Positions 29,265 through 39,313 of a DNA stretch of 64,000 nucleotides are shown piece after piece. Positions within the stretch are counted from its first letter, which is position 1. Each line of letters starts with the position of its first letter. The stretch is taken from contig JBDRRP010000107.1 in assembly GCA_043825735.1 (NCBI GenBank), positions 186,001-250,000 on the forward strand. Direction: 5' to 3'. The DNA comes from Pseudomonadota bacterium. Its GTDB lineage: Bacteria; Desulfobacterota; Desulfobacteria; Desulfobacterales; JBDRRP01. A model generated the notes under the pieces. That model was not told the DNA's origin and searched no databases. It worked only from the letters and a program-made list of their open reading frames with translations. The position numbers and the translations under genes are program-made.

Positions 29265-30908
29265 GTGATCTATTTTTCAACTCTGATGATGGCCCTGTTT
29301 GTGACCCTGTCGCTGATTCCGCCACTGAAAGCGATGGCCGTGCGGTGCCATGCGGTGGATCTGCCCAATGAACGCAAAGTCCACTGTACGCCCATACCTA
29401 AAATCGGTGGCATCGCCATGGCTATCGGCGCCGTGATGCCGGTGCTGCTGTGGGCCGTGGAAGGGGTCTTTGCCAAATCGATCATTGCCGGTGCATCGGT
29501 GATCGTCATCTTCGGCTTCCTGGACGATATCTTCGACCTGCCTTACTTGACCAAATTCGCGGCCCAGATAGTGTCCGCGCTGATCGTGGTGTTATTTGGC
29601 GGCCTCCAGATTCATTCACTCGGCAATCTCGCACCAGAAAATTTTTTGCTGCCGCAGTGGGGAGCCGTTCCTCTGACGGTTTTTGTAATTGTCGGCGTGA
29701 CCAACGCCATCAACCTATCAGATGGGCTGGACGGACTTGCCGGCGGCATTACACTGATGACGTTCGTATGCATAGGCTACCTCGCGTTCAGGAGCGGAGA
29801 CTTCTTCGGCCTAACCCTTTCGGCAGGGGTGATCGGGGCGATATTCGGCTTCCTCAGATTCAACACCCACCCAGCCATCATCTTTATGGGAGACACCGGT
29901 AGTCAGTTCTTGGGCTTTCTGGCAATTTGCCTTTCCATCGCGTTGACGCAGAGCAGCGTTCTTTACAGTCCGCTACTGCCTCTGATTCTGCTCGGATTTC
30001 CCATACTGGACACCTTGACGGTGATGGCCGAGCGCATCGCCCGGGGGCGGCCGCCGTTCGAAGCAGACAAGAACCACTTCCATCACAAGTTGATGCGTTT
30101 AGGGTTGTACCACTCCGAAGCGGTGATCGTCATATACTTCATCCAGACGTTTCTCGTGGCCTCGGCCTTTATCTTCAGGTATCAGACCGAGCGATTTTTG
30201 ATTTTCTATTACGGTCTATTTTCCGGGTGCATTCTTGCGTTCTTTCACAATGCCGTAAAAGACGGCTGGGTCGTTAGGCGCTACCCTTTGATCGATCACG
30301 TGATCAAGGGCAAGTTCCGCGTTCTTCGGGAAAAGCACCTACTGATCAAGGTCAGCCACAACATCGTTCGGTTTGGACTGCCGTCGCTGTTCGTGTTCTC
30401 AGCTGTCATGCCGGCGACCATACCCCGATATTTTGCCATCTTCGCGCTTGTCATGGCGATCGGACTGCTGGCCGTGATCGTTATGAAGGGGAGTGCTGCA
30501 TTGCGCGCGCTCCGCATTGCCACCTATCTGGTGATCCCTTACTTGGTGTTTCTATCGCAAACGGATCACGTCGGCTGGATGACCCTGCGCGCGGTGCTCG
30601 TCTATGACCTGTCCTACGGGATTCTGGTTTTTTTCGTTATCATAACGCTCAAGTTCACCCGCCGGAAAAAGGGCTTCAAGGCAACGCCGATGGATTACCT
30701 CATCCTGCTCATTGCCTTGGTCGTGCCGAACCTTTCCGGACTCGAGTTGCGTGATTTTTCCATGGGGCTGCTGGCGGTCAAGATCATCGTCATGCTGTTC
30801 AGCTACGAAGTGCTGGCCGGTGAGATGCGTCAGAACCTCGACACACTGGCCTATCCCACCATTGGTGGACTTTTGGTAATATTTGCTAGGGGGGTTTTGA
30901 GCTTCTGA
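29265..30908 (+). CDS. WecA/MraY-family polyprenyl-phosphate sugar-1-phosphate transferase with C-terminal membrane extension
   Basis: RKVHCTPIPKIGG, GFLDD, NAINLSDGLDGLAGG, FMGDTGS, DKNHFHH. Confidence 0.85.
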   Translation: MIYFSTLMMALFVTLSLIPPLKAMAVRCHAVDLPNERKVHCTPIPKIGGIAMAIGAVMPVLLWAVEGVFAKSIIAGASVIVIFGFLDDIFDLPYLTKFAAQIVSALIVVLFGGLQIHSLGNLAPENFLLPQWGAVPLTVFVIVGVTNAINLSDGLDGLAGGITLMTFVCIGYLAFRSGDFFGLTLSAGVIGAIFGFLRFNTHPAIIFMGDTGSQFLGFLAICLSIALTQSSVLYSPLLPLILLGFPILDTLTVMAERIARGRPPFEADKNHFHHKLMRLGLYHSEAVIVIYFIQTFLVASAFIFRYQTERFLIFYYGLFSGCILAFFHNAVKDGWVVRRYPLIDHVIKGKFRVLREKHLLIKVSHNIVRFGLPSLFVFSAVMPATIPRYFAIFALVMAIGLLAVIVMKGSAALRALRIATYLVIPYLVFLSQTDHVGWMTLRAVLVYDLSYGILVFFVIITLKFTRRKKGFKATPMDYLILLIALVVPNLSGLELRDFSMGLLAVKIIVMLFSYEVLAGEMRQNLDTLAYPTIGGLLVIFARGVLSF

Positions 30909-30948
30909 ACCGATGGCCGTTCACACTCCCGATGGAGGACATGACGAC

Positions 30949-33351
30949 ATGCGCAATTGGAAAAGAGCCACTGCGGTGACCCTTGTCACGATGTTGGTGT
31001 TGTCGAGTTGTGGCAGCAAGGAAGATAAAAAACTGAAGTTTTTAAAAAAAGGCAAAACGCTGATTGAGCAGGGCGATTACACGAGAGCACAGCTCGAATT
31101 CAAAAACGCCCTGCAGATCGATCCCAAGTTCGCCGACGCCTGGTACATGATGGGGTGGGTAGCCCTAAAGGAAAAGGAGTTTCAGGAGGCATTCCAGGCC
31201 TTCAACAAAGCCGTGGACCTCGATGCCGGACACCTGGAAGCCCAACTGGAGGTGGGCAAACTGTTGCTGGCCGGCAAGGCCCTTGACCGGGCCAGGGAAA
31301 AACGGGACCTGCTGCAGGCCAGAAAGCCCGAAGACCCCGATGTCAAGCTGTTTAACGCCGCGGTGCTGCGGGCCGACGGTGCCCCCGAGCAGGCCCGGAA
31401 GATCCTTCTGGCAATGCTCGATGACAAGGTGACGACACCGGACATCTATCTCATGCTCGCCGGTATTTACGTCCAGGAAAACAACAGCGATGAGACCCAT
31501 GCGGTTTTGACTCAGGGCATTGCCGCCAATCCTGACAATATCGGGCTTCGCCTCGTGCTCATGCGTTTTCATCTCGCCATGAAACATCCCGATGACGCCA
31601 TTGTGGTCATAAAGGAGATCATCGGTCTGGCACCGGACGAATACAAGCACCGGCTGGCATTGGCTTCGCTGTTTTTTGAGACCGGGCGCCTGGCTGAGGC
31701 GCTGGCTGCCGTTGATGCCGCGGTGCAGCTGGACCCTGCCGACGAAAACTGCATCGCAGACGCCGCCCGGTTGCTGATCAGTCGCGGCGCGGCGGAAAAA
31801 GCCGAAGCGATCACCCGGCAGGGCATCGCCGCCAAACCCGACAGTTTCAAGAACCGCTTTTTGTTGAGCGAGCTTTACATGGGGCAGAAAGAGGCGGACC
31901 GGGCCATGGCTGTTCTCAATGACTGCCTGGGCCTCAGCAAGGACCCGTCCCATCCGGGTATTCTGGAGGCGCGCAACAAAATGGCACGGGTGCACCTGGC
32001 GCTGGGCGATGCTTCGACGGCTGAAACATTTTTGGACCAGGTGCTCAAGGAAAACGCCAAAAATCTGGAGGCCATTTTTCTTAAGGCGCAACTGCTGATG
32101 CAAAAAGGCGAGGGCATACCGGCGGTGTCCATGCTCAGGACCGTGGTTGCCGAGCGGCCCAACCTGGTGCCGGCGCATCTTCGCCTGGCCGAGGCGCATC
32201 TGATGAACAAGGAGGTGCCGCTGGCCGTGGACACCCTGAACAAGGCCCTGGAAGCCAACCCGGATTCCCGCGACATCCGGCGCGCCCTGGCCAGGGTGTA
32301 TGCACTCAAAAAGGATTACGGCCTTGCCGAAGAACAACTCGAAAAGGTGCTGGATAAGCGCCCTGAAGACCTTCAGACGCGCGGTGATCTGGGGGATCTG
32401 CTGGCGGACATCAAGATGGATGACAAGGCCGTCGCCACTTACCGGCAGATCATTTCAACGGCACCGGAAAACCCATACGGATATATGAAACTGGCCCGCT
32501 ACCATGCCGCCGGCAAGGACGCCGCAGCCACCATGAGGATTCTCGAAGAGGGCTACGCCAAAAACCCCGCCTCACAGGAATTGGCCAGCATGCTGGTGAG
32601 CCTCTATCTTTCCAAAAAGCGCACGAAGGATGCGCTCGATCTTTGCGAGAAACGGTTGAAACAAAATCCCGACGACGCCTTTGCCTACCACCTGATGGGA
32701 CAGATCCAGGCCCTGGAGAAGCGCTGGCCTCAGGCCGAATCGGCGCTGAGCCAGGCCATCGCCCTCAAGCCCGACTGGGATGCCCCTTACATCATGCTGG
32801 CGCGCGTATACATCAGCCAGGGCAAGCGGGCCGAAGCCGTTTCACGCTTCGAGGCGGCCATTGAAAAAAATCCAGACGGCCAGATGGCCTACATGGCACT
32901 GGGGGTCCTCTACGAGCAGGCCGGCGAACACTCGAAGGCAAAAGCCATCTATCGCAAGGGGCTGAGTCAGAATCCCCGCCAGTGGCGTTTTGCCAATAAC
33001 CTGGCTTATCTGCTCAGCGAGCATTCCGAGGGTGCGGCGGACTATCAGGAAGCCGCTGAACTGGCCCGCGAGGCGCTCAAACAGCGCCCCAACGACCCGG
33101 TGGTCCTGGATACCCTGGGATGGGTCCATTACCGCAGGGGGGACTATACGCAAGCCCTGACGTATTTGGACAAGGCCGTCGGCGAATCGCCGGAAAGCCC
33201 GGTGCTGAACTACCACATGGCGATGGTGCTCGTGAAAAGCGACCGGGAGGCTGAGGCCATCGCGCATCTGAAGAAGGCGCTGGCCGGCGGTGACGCCTTC
33301 GAAGGCCATCAGGAAGCCGGGCAGATGCTGCAGACGCTTGAGCGTTCATAA
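30949..33351 (+). CDS. TPR-repeat lipoprotein, PrsT-like
   Basis: GGAGG RBS, lipobox LSSC, AQLEFKNALQIDP, NNLAYLL...DTLGWVHY; exosortase locus. Confidence 0.8.
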   Translation: MRNWKRATAVTLVTMLVLSSCGSKEDKKLKFLKKGKTLIEQGDYTRAQLEFKNALQIDPKFADAWYMMGWVALKEKEFQEAFQAFNKAVDLDAGHLEAQLEVGKLLLAGKALDRAREKRDLLQARKPEDPDVKLFNAAVLRADGAPEQARKILLAMLDDKVTTPDIYLMLAGIYVQENNSDETHAVLTQGIAANPDNIGLRLVLMRFHLAMKHPDDAIVVIKEIIGLAPDEYKHRLALASLFFETGRLAEALAAVDAAVQLDPADENCIADAARLLISRGAAEKAEAITRQGIAAKPDSFKNRFLLSELYMGQKEADRAMAVLNDCLGLSKDPSHPGILEARNKMARVHLALGDASTAETFLDQVLKENAKNLEAIFLKAQLLMQKGEGIPAVSMLRTVVAERPNLVPAHLRLAEAHLMNKEVPLAVDTLNKALEANPDSRDIRRALARVYALKKDYGLAEEQLEKVLDKRPEDLQTRGDLGDLLADIKMDDKAVATYRQIISTAPENPYGYMKLARYHAAGKDAAATMRILEEGYAKNPASQELASMLVSLYLSKKRTKDALDLCEKRLKQNPDDAFAYHLMGQIQALEKRWPQAESALSQAIALKPDWDAPYIMLARVYISQGKRAEAVSRFEAAIEKNPDGQMAYMALGVLYEQAGEHSKAKAIYRKGLSQNPRQWRFANNLAYLLSEHSEGAADYQEAAELAREALKQRPNDPVVLDTLGWVHYRRGDYTQALTYLDKAVGESPESPVLNYHMAMVLVKSDREAEAIAHLKKALAGGDAFEGHQEAGQMLQTLERS

Positions 33352-33380
33352 AAGAGGTCATCAGACAGTTTGCGCTTGAA

Positions 33381-33412
33381 ACGAACGGGCCGACAGGCCC
33401 GTTCGTGATTTT
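33381..33412 (+). terminator. Probable intrinsic terminator
   Basis: ACGAACGGGCC-GACA-GGCCCGTTCGT followed by GATTTT. Confidence 0.55.
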
Positions 33413-33574
33413 GAAACCGGGCCCGGCAAGACCCGGCCAGCGGCATGCCGGGGGTAATGATACCGATAACGGTGCCAGATTTAATGTTTGTCTAACACGA
33501 AGCCAACACATGTTGGGGTATTAAAAGCGTTTCAAAACGATTCGGACCTCAGGGGCTTTTCCAAGAGACAGTCT

Positions 33575-35434
33575 ATGACCAATCAGCGGCTTGTAGCGAT
33601 GTTGCGCCTTTTCATCCTCGGTGTGATCCTATCCGGTGTGCCGCAATCGGGGGCATTCCTCGCCGCCGGCACGTCCGGCAGCGGCCTCTATGTTTCCGGC
33701 AAATCCCAGCGGATCCAGAACAGCGCCGAGTATTGGCACACCGTTGACGACGGACATGCCGATGGCCCATCCCTTTGGCGGTTTTCAGATTCGGGTGTCA
33801 GCCAGGACAGCAATATTTACGGCGGAAACGGACTCACCCCGGAATTGCTCCAACTTGGAACGTATGCGCTGTCTCAGTCCCCGGTGCCCGCCGATATGAT
33901 CCTGTCCATGAAGATCCGTTCCACGGACAACGATACGCTGGGGGTCATGTTCAGGTACAAGGATGCGTGGAATTACTACCGTTTTTCATGGGACCGCCAG
34001 AGGGCATTTCGCCGGTTGGTGAAGGTCCAAGAGGGCAGGGCGGTACTGTTGGCGGAAGACCGTGTACCCTACGATATCGACACTGTCTATGACCTGACGG
34101 TGATCACTCTGGCCGAGCAGATCACCATCCGTATAGACGGCGCCGATGTCTTTTCGGTACGCGACGGTTCGTTTGCCGAGGGTGCCATCGCCCTCTACGC
34201 CTGGGGAAACGCCGCCAGTGAGTTTTCCGATATCGCTGTATCGCCCGTGATCCCCGCCGACCAGGCTTTTGACGACACCGCGCCGCCGCGGGTGGTTATT
34301 GCAGCGCCGTCGCAAGAAGAGGTCTTCAACACCACCGCCGAGCGGATGATCATCAGCGGCACGGCGGACGACAATGTCAGTGTGGCCGAAGTACGATGGA
34401 AACATGCCTCGGGTTTTTCCGGAAGGGCGAGCGGCAGCGATCACTGGTCGACTCCACCCATTGCCCTCGAGATGGGCGCTAACCGGATTGACATCGTGGC
34501 TGTGGACGCGGCGGGAAACGAGGCGACCGCCGTCATTGACATCATCCGCGCTCCTGAGCCAGTCCTCGAGGAGGCCATCGCCGCAAATTTTGCGACTGTA
34601 AAAGGGACCGACGCCGGCCCTGCGGCAGCGACTCATGTAGAAACCGCCCCCGAAACGACAATCACCGATGAAACTGTCCGAGCGCCGGAAAACAATCAGC
34701 TCGAAACCGCGGCTTCCGCTGATTCATCAACTGTGACCGTGGCGAGCGCCGCGCCCCAATCGGCGGCGGTGCCTTCCGGCGGCGAGCCGCTGGATCGGAC
34801 CGGAACCGCGGACGGAAATGAGATACCCATCGCAGCCGCGGCGGCATCGGACCGGCCAACGCCACCCGTCGCGGCCCCTGCGATGCCCGCCGTTGGCGCT
34901 AGTGGCGGGGGCGATGCCGTTTCGGCGCCGGTGGCGATGGCCCCCGTCGATGAGAACTACACTGTCGGCCCTGGCGATTTGCTGGAAATCTCTTTGTGGA
35001 AAGACGAGTCCCTGTCACGGGTTGTGACAGTGCTTCCGGACGGCACCGTCGGCTTTCCGCTGCTCGGCGCGCTTCAGGTCAGCGGCAAGACGGTCGCTGA
35101 GATCCGGCAAGAGACGACCGCACGCCTTGAGCAATACGCCCCGGATCCCGTGGTCACCGTTGCCGTTCAGCAGGTGAACAGCCTGGTGGTGTACGTCATC
35201 GGTCGTGTCAACCGGCCCGGGCACTATCTGCTCAACCGCACCGTCGATGTGCTGCAGGCGCTTACCATGGCCGGGGGGCTCACTCCCTTTGCCAAGGAAA
35301 CGGACATCAAGGTGTTCAGGAAAAAGAACGGGCAAAATACGGTATTCCGTTTCAACTACGATGAAGTGTCCAGTGGTGTGAAAATGGAGCAAAACATCGA
35401 ACTGCTGAGGGGAGACGTCGTCGTTGTGCCTTGA
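33575..35434 (+). CDS. Wza-like polysaccharide export protein with long N-terminal lectin-like, Ig-like and Ala/Pro/Thr-rich extension
   Basis: C-terminal YTVGPGDLLEISLW...PDGTVGFPLLG...VYVIGRVNRPG...LRGDVVVVP; start uncertain. Confidence 0.8.
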   Translation: MTNQRLVAMLRLFILGVILSGVPQSGAFLAAGTSGSGLYVSGKSQRIQNSAEYWHTVDDGHADGPSLWRFSDSGVSQDSNIYGGNGLTPELLQLGTYALSQSPVPADMILSMKIRSTDNDTLGVMFRYKDAWNYYRFSWDRQRAFRRLVKVQEGRAVLLAEDRVPYDIDTVYDLTVITLAEQITIRIDGADVFSVRDGSFAEGAIALYAWGNAASEFSDIAVSPVIPADQAFDDTAPPRVVIAAPSQEEVFNTTAERMIISGTADDNVSVAEVRWKHASGFSGRASGSDHWSTPPIALEMGANRIDIVAVDAAGNEATAVIDIIRAPEPVLEEAIAANFATVKGTDAGPAAATHVETAPETTITDETVRAPENNQLETAASADSSTVTVASAAPQSAAVPSGGEPLDRTGTADGNEIPIAAAAASDRPTPPVAAPAMPAVGASGGGDAVSAPVAMAPVDENYTVGPGDLLEISLWKDESLSRVVTVLPDGTVGFPLLGALQVSGKTVAEIRQETTARLEQYAPDPVVTVAVQQVNSLVVYVIGRVNRPGHYLLNRTVDVLQALTMAGGLTPFAKETDIKVFRKKNGQNTVFRFNYDEVSSGVKMEQNIELLRGDVVVVP

Positions 35435-36707
35435 ACCGGTGGCGGAAAACAGGCCATGCCCAAGACGGTTCCCACCCCGGCAGGACGCGCATCTGCGTGC
35501 TGTCATCGTGGCGCTGCATCTGCTGTGCTGGGCCGGCCGACCGGCGTCGGCCGAAGAAATCCAGGTGACACCGTTTTTCGGGCTGCGGCAGGAGTATAAT
35601 GACAACATCTTTTTCTCAGCGATCGATCCGATACGCGACGCCATTACCATCGCCTCTCCCGGCATCCGCCTCGGGAGGCGGACCGAACGGCTGGATGCCG
35701 GCCTTTCAGGTCGTCTGGATCAGCGCTACTATCGGGAATATTCGGAACTCGACCACCTGGACAAGGACATCACCGGGCAGGTGAACTACCGGTTGAGCGA
35801 GCGGTTTGAACTTGGCGCGGATGCCGGCTATTCACAGACGTCCAGTGCCGATCGCGACGTGATCGCCACGGGTCTGGTGGTCGGGGCCAACATACGCGAC
35901 CGCACCACTGCCGGGTGTTCCGGCAGCGCCCGCATTTCGGAGATCAGCAGCCTGTCGGCGGCCTATCACATCGTTCAGGACGACTGGGACAACCCGAGAC
36001 TGAACGATTCGATGGGGCACATCGTCAGCGTCGGGGTGGCGCGGGCACTGGACAGGCATATCGCCGCGACCACGGGCCGCTTCAATTTTTCCGGTCAGTA
36101 CTATCAATATGCCAGCGAATACACGCCAGCCGGTTTCAGTTCGACCGTCAGCCAGCGCACCCGGCTCTATTTCGCTTCGGTCACGGCCGGCATCGAAAAA
36201 CAGCTCAGCGAGACGTGGCAGCTGAGTCTTCAGGTCGGACCGGCCTATGCCGACACCCGGGAGTCGACACGCGTCATTTCCGAAACCATCAGGGCGGATG
36301 CCGGTTGGGGCGGAGTGTTCAATGCAGGCGTGAAGTATGCCGGTGAAAAAAACCGCTTTGAAGTCAACGGCGCCCATGATATCGGCGCGCCGAGCGCCAG
36401 CATCGGTGTGACCACCCGAACGACGCTAAGTGCATTGGTGAGCCGCCAGTTCTCCCATGAATGGCAGGCAAGTCTTTTGACCCGCTATTTCATCAACCGG
36501 GCGGATAACAAGAATCTGCTGTCACCGGACACGGATCAGGAGACCCTGACCATTCAGCCTCGGGCACGCTATGGCCTGACGGATGATATTTTCCTTGAAG
36601 CGGTCTACTCCTACTCGGTGATCAAAAACAACATCACTCACACCAGCGCCGGCAGAAATTACGTCTTTGCCGGCATCACCTGGCAATGGCCGCTGATCGA
36701 TCGGTAA
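35424..36707 (+). CDS. Outer-membrane beta-barrel protein of EPS export loci
   Basis: QEYNDNIF N-terminal motif, alternating beta-strand pattern, aromatic C-terminus; lies between wza and wzc; start uncertain. Confidence 0.7.
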   Translation: MCLEPVAENRPCPRRFPPRQDAHLRAVIVALHLLCWAGRPASAEEIQVTPFFGLRQEYNDNIFFSAIDPIRDAITIASPGIRLGRRTERLDAGLSGRLDQRYYREYSELDHLDKDITGQVNYRLSERFELGADAGYSQTSSADRDVIATGLVVGANIRDRTTAGCSGSARISEISSLSAAYHIVQDDWDNPRLNDSMGHIVSVGVARALDRHIAATTGRFNFSGQYYQYASEYTPAGFSSTVSQRTRLYFASVTAGIEKQLSETWQLSLQVGPAYADTRESTRVISETIRADAGWGGVFNAGVKYAGEKNRFEVNGAHDIGAPSASIGVTTRTTLSALVSRQFSHEWQASLLTRYFINRADNKNLLSPDTDQETLTIQPRARYGLTDDIFLEAVYSYSVIKNNITHTSAGRNYVFAGITWQWPLIDR

Positions 36708-36758
36708 GCAGGCGGCTGACGGCAGAAACGCGCCGGAAGCCCATCAAGGAGCGGGACG

Positions 36759-38336
36759 ATGGAGCAGGTCAATTCACTGAACGACTATATCGGTATTGCC
36801 CGGCGGCGGATCAAGAGTCTGTTGCTGCCGGCCCTGTCGGTGATGGTCATCGCCGCAGCGGTCGCATTGCTCCTGCCGTCCATTTTCCGATCGAGCGCCA
36901 CGATTCTCATCGAGGAACAGGAAATTCCCGCCGACTTTGTGATGGCCACGGTGACCAGTTTTGTCGAGCAGCGCATCCAGCAGATCAACCAGCGGATCAT
37001 GAGTACGACGCGGCTGCTGGAGGTCATCAACCAGTTCGGTCTCTACGCGGATCTCCGGGAAAAGTGGACCACCGAAGAGATCATCGAGAAGATGCGCGAA
37101 GACATCAAGCTCGACACGATCAGCGTGGACACCGTGGATCGCCGAACCGGCCGCCCCACCACGGCCACCATCGCATTCACCCTCTCCTATGAGGGCAAGG
37201 ACCCTTCGACGGTGCTCAAGGTGACTACCGTCCTGTCATCGCTCTTTCTGGAGGAAAACCTCAAGGTGCGCGAGCGGCAATCCTCAGAGACATCGCAGTT
37301 CATGGAGGACGAACTCCAGAAGGTGAAGGTCGCTCTGGCGTCGATGGAGGCGGACATCGCCGTTTTCAAGGAAAGCCATGTCCATGAGCTTCCGGAACTC
37401 GTGCAGGTGAACCTGCAGAGCCTCAACAACGCCGAGCAAAATCTTCAGCGGCTCAATGAAACCCTCAGATCCCTGAGAGAGCGCGAAGGATTTCTCGAGA
37501 CGCAACTGGCCAGTCTGCCGACGGATCTCGACACCCAGGACAAGGCGCGTCTGAGTGAGCTGGAACTCCAGTTGGTCCATCTCAAGACCCGTTATTCGCC
37601 GCTGCACCCGGATGTCATCAAGACCACGGCCGAGATCGCAGAGCTCAGAGACAAAATGATGCAGGACCGCGATCACGGCGACGGCACCACCAATCTGCCC
37701 GAGAATCCGGCCTACGTTACCACGGCCTCCCAACTGTCCAGCACCCGGGCTGAGATTGAGTCGATCCGAAAGCAGATGGCCGACCAGGATGCGACGGTCG
37801 CCAAGTATCGCCGCCGTATCGAGGCGACGCCGAAGGTGGAACAGGAGTACAACCTGCTGGTGAACGAACGGGCCAGCGCCCAGGCCAAAGTCAATGAACT
37901 GACCCAGAAGCTGATGTCAGCGCGGGTGGCCCAAGGGCTCGAACAGGGCAAAAAAGGCGAGCGGTTTACGCTGATCGATCCGGCCCGTATGCCGGAAAAA
38001 CCCGTCAGGCCCAACCGCTGGGCCATTTTGCTCATCGGGGTGGTGCTCGGCACCGGCGCCGGCGTGGGGGTGGCGGCGGTCAGGGAGTTCTCCGACCACG
38101 CAGTCCGTAATGCCGAAGCGCTGACCGTGGCCACCGGTGTGCCGGTGTTGGCCAGCATTCCGCGCATCATCACCCGGCAGGACCGGTTGCGGACCCGGCG
38201 GCGCCGAATCGCCTGGAGTGTCGGTTCCGTTGTCGTTCTCGCGACATGCATCGCCGTCTTTCACTTCTTTGTAATGGATCTCGATGTCTTCTGGGCCAAG
38301 CTGATTCGAAAAATTGACAAAACGGTGGTTTTTTAA
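36759..38336 (+). CDS. Polysaccharide co-polymerase / chain-length determinant (Wzc N-terminal, GumC-like)
   Basis: FRSSATILIE, YSPLHPDV, FTLIDPARMPEKPVRPNR, TM helices flanking a coiled coil. Confidence 0.88.
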   Translation: MEQVNSLNDYIGIARRRIKSLLLPALSVMVIAAAVALLLPSIFRSSATILIEEQEIPADFVMATVTSFVEQRIQQINQRIMSTTRLLEVINQFGLYADLREKWTTEEIIEKMREDIKLDTISVDTVDRRTGRPTTATIAFTLSYEGKDPSTVLKVTTVLSSLFLEENLKVRERQSSETSQFMEDELQKVKVALASMEADIAVFKESHVHELPELVQVNLQSLNNAEQNLQRLNETLRSLREREGFLETQLASLPTDLDTQDKARLSELELQLVHLKTRYSPLHPDVIKTTAEIAELRDKMMQDRDHGDGTTNLPENPAYVTTASQLSSTRAEIESIRKQMADQDATVAKYRRRIEATPKVEQEYNLLVNERASAQAKVNELTQKLMSARVAQGLEQGKKGERFTLIDPARMPEKPVRPNRWAILLIGVVLGTGAGVGVAAVREFSDHAVRNAEALTVATGVPVLASIPRIITRQDRLRTRRRRIAWSVGSVVVLATCIAVFHFFVMDLDVFWAKLIRKIDKTVVF

Positions 38337-38452
38337 ACGGCAGGCTCTAAAAGGATTCAGTCTGAAGGCTGAGGCAGATAACGGCAGACCGTCATGGGCA
38401 GCACACACTCACCACACATCGACTCCAGTCGCATACAAGGTCACGACATCCC

Positions 38453-39283
38453 ATGAATTTCCGAAAAACCATTGAATTGCTCAAGCATCCGAGACCCAAG
38501 GCGGCAGGGGGCACATCGTTGCCGGATGCCTTGGCGGCAGCACCCCCCAATGTCTGTGAGCCCCCGTTTAGACCCGGATGGTATTCCCCCGACTATTGCC
38601 ACTCGCGTCGGGTCGTTCTCGATCAGCAGCGGATGAGGGACAACCGGATCATCTCCGAGGCTACCGGCAGTATGGACAACGACACCTACAAGGTGCTCAA
38701 GACCCAGATCCAGCAGCGGACCGCCGCCAGAGGCTGGAACACCATCATGGTGACCAGCCCTAGCGGCGGCGAGGGGAAAACGCTGACCGCTATCAATCTG
38801 GCCATGGCTTTCGCCAAGGACTTCGACCGGACGGTGCTTCTGGTGGACTGCGATCTGAAGCGCCAGATGATCCATCGCTATCTGGGCATCGACGGAGACA
38901 TCGGCCTGATCGACTATCTTCTCGATGAGCATCCCATGAATGACCTAATCGTATGGCCCGGGATCGAGAAGCTCACCCTGATGTCCGGCGGCAGGCCCAT
39001 CGAGGACAGCACCGAACTGCTGGGGTCTCCGCAGATGCGGCTTCTGGTCGAAGAAATGAAGAGCCGATATGAAAATCGCTACATTATTTTCGACGTGCCG
39101 CCGATCCTGGACCGGTCGGAATCCATCGCCTTTACCCCCCTGGTTGACGGCGTCGTCATCGTTGTCGAGCATGGCAAGACAACGCTGCCCGACATTCGCC
39201 AGGCGCTGTCGCTGATTCCGCGAGAGAAAATTATCGGTTTTGTGCTCAATGCCGCCGACAACGGCAGGCCGTATGCCGTATAA
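38453..39283 (+). CDS. CpsD/CapB-family BY-kinase domain protein
   Basis: TSPSGGEGKT Walker A, LLVDCDL, IIFDVPP, GFVLN. Confidence 0.88.
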   Translation: MNFRKTIELLKHPRPKAAGGTSLPDALAAAPPNVCEPPFRPGWYSPDYCHSRRVVLDQQRMRDNRIISEATGSMDNDTYKVLKTQIQQRTAARGWNTIMVTSPSGGEGKTLTAINLAMAFAKDFDRTVLLVDCDLKRQMIHRYLGIDGDIGLIDYLLDEHPMNDLIVWPGIEKLTLMSGGRPIEDSTELLGSPQMRLLVEEMKSRYENRYIIFDVPPILDRSESIAFTPLVDGVVIVVEHGKTTLPDIRQALSLIPREKIIGFVLNAADNGRPYAV

Positions 39284-39313
39284 CCACTGCTGACCAGCAA
39301 AATCGCCACCGCT

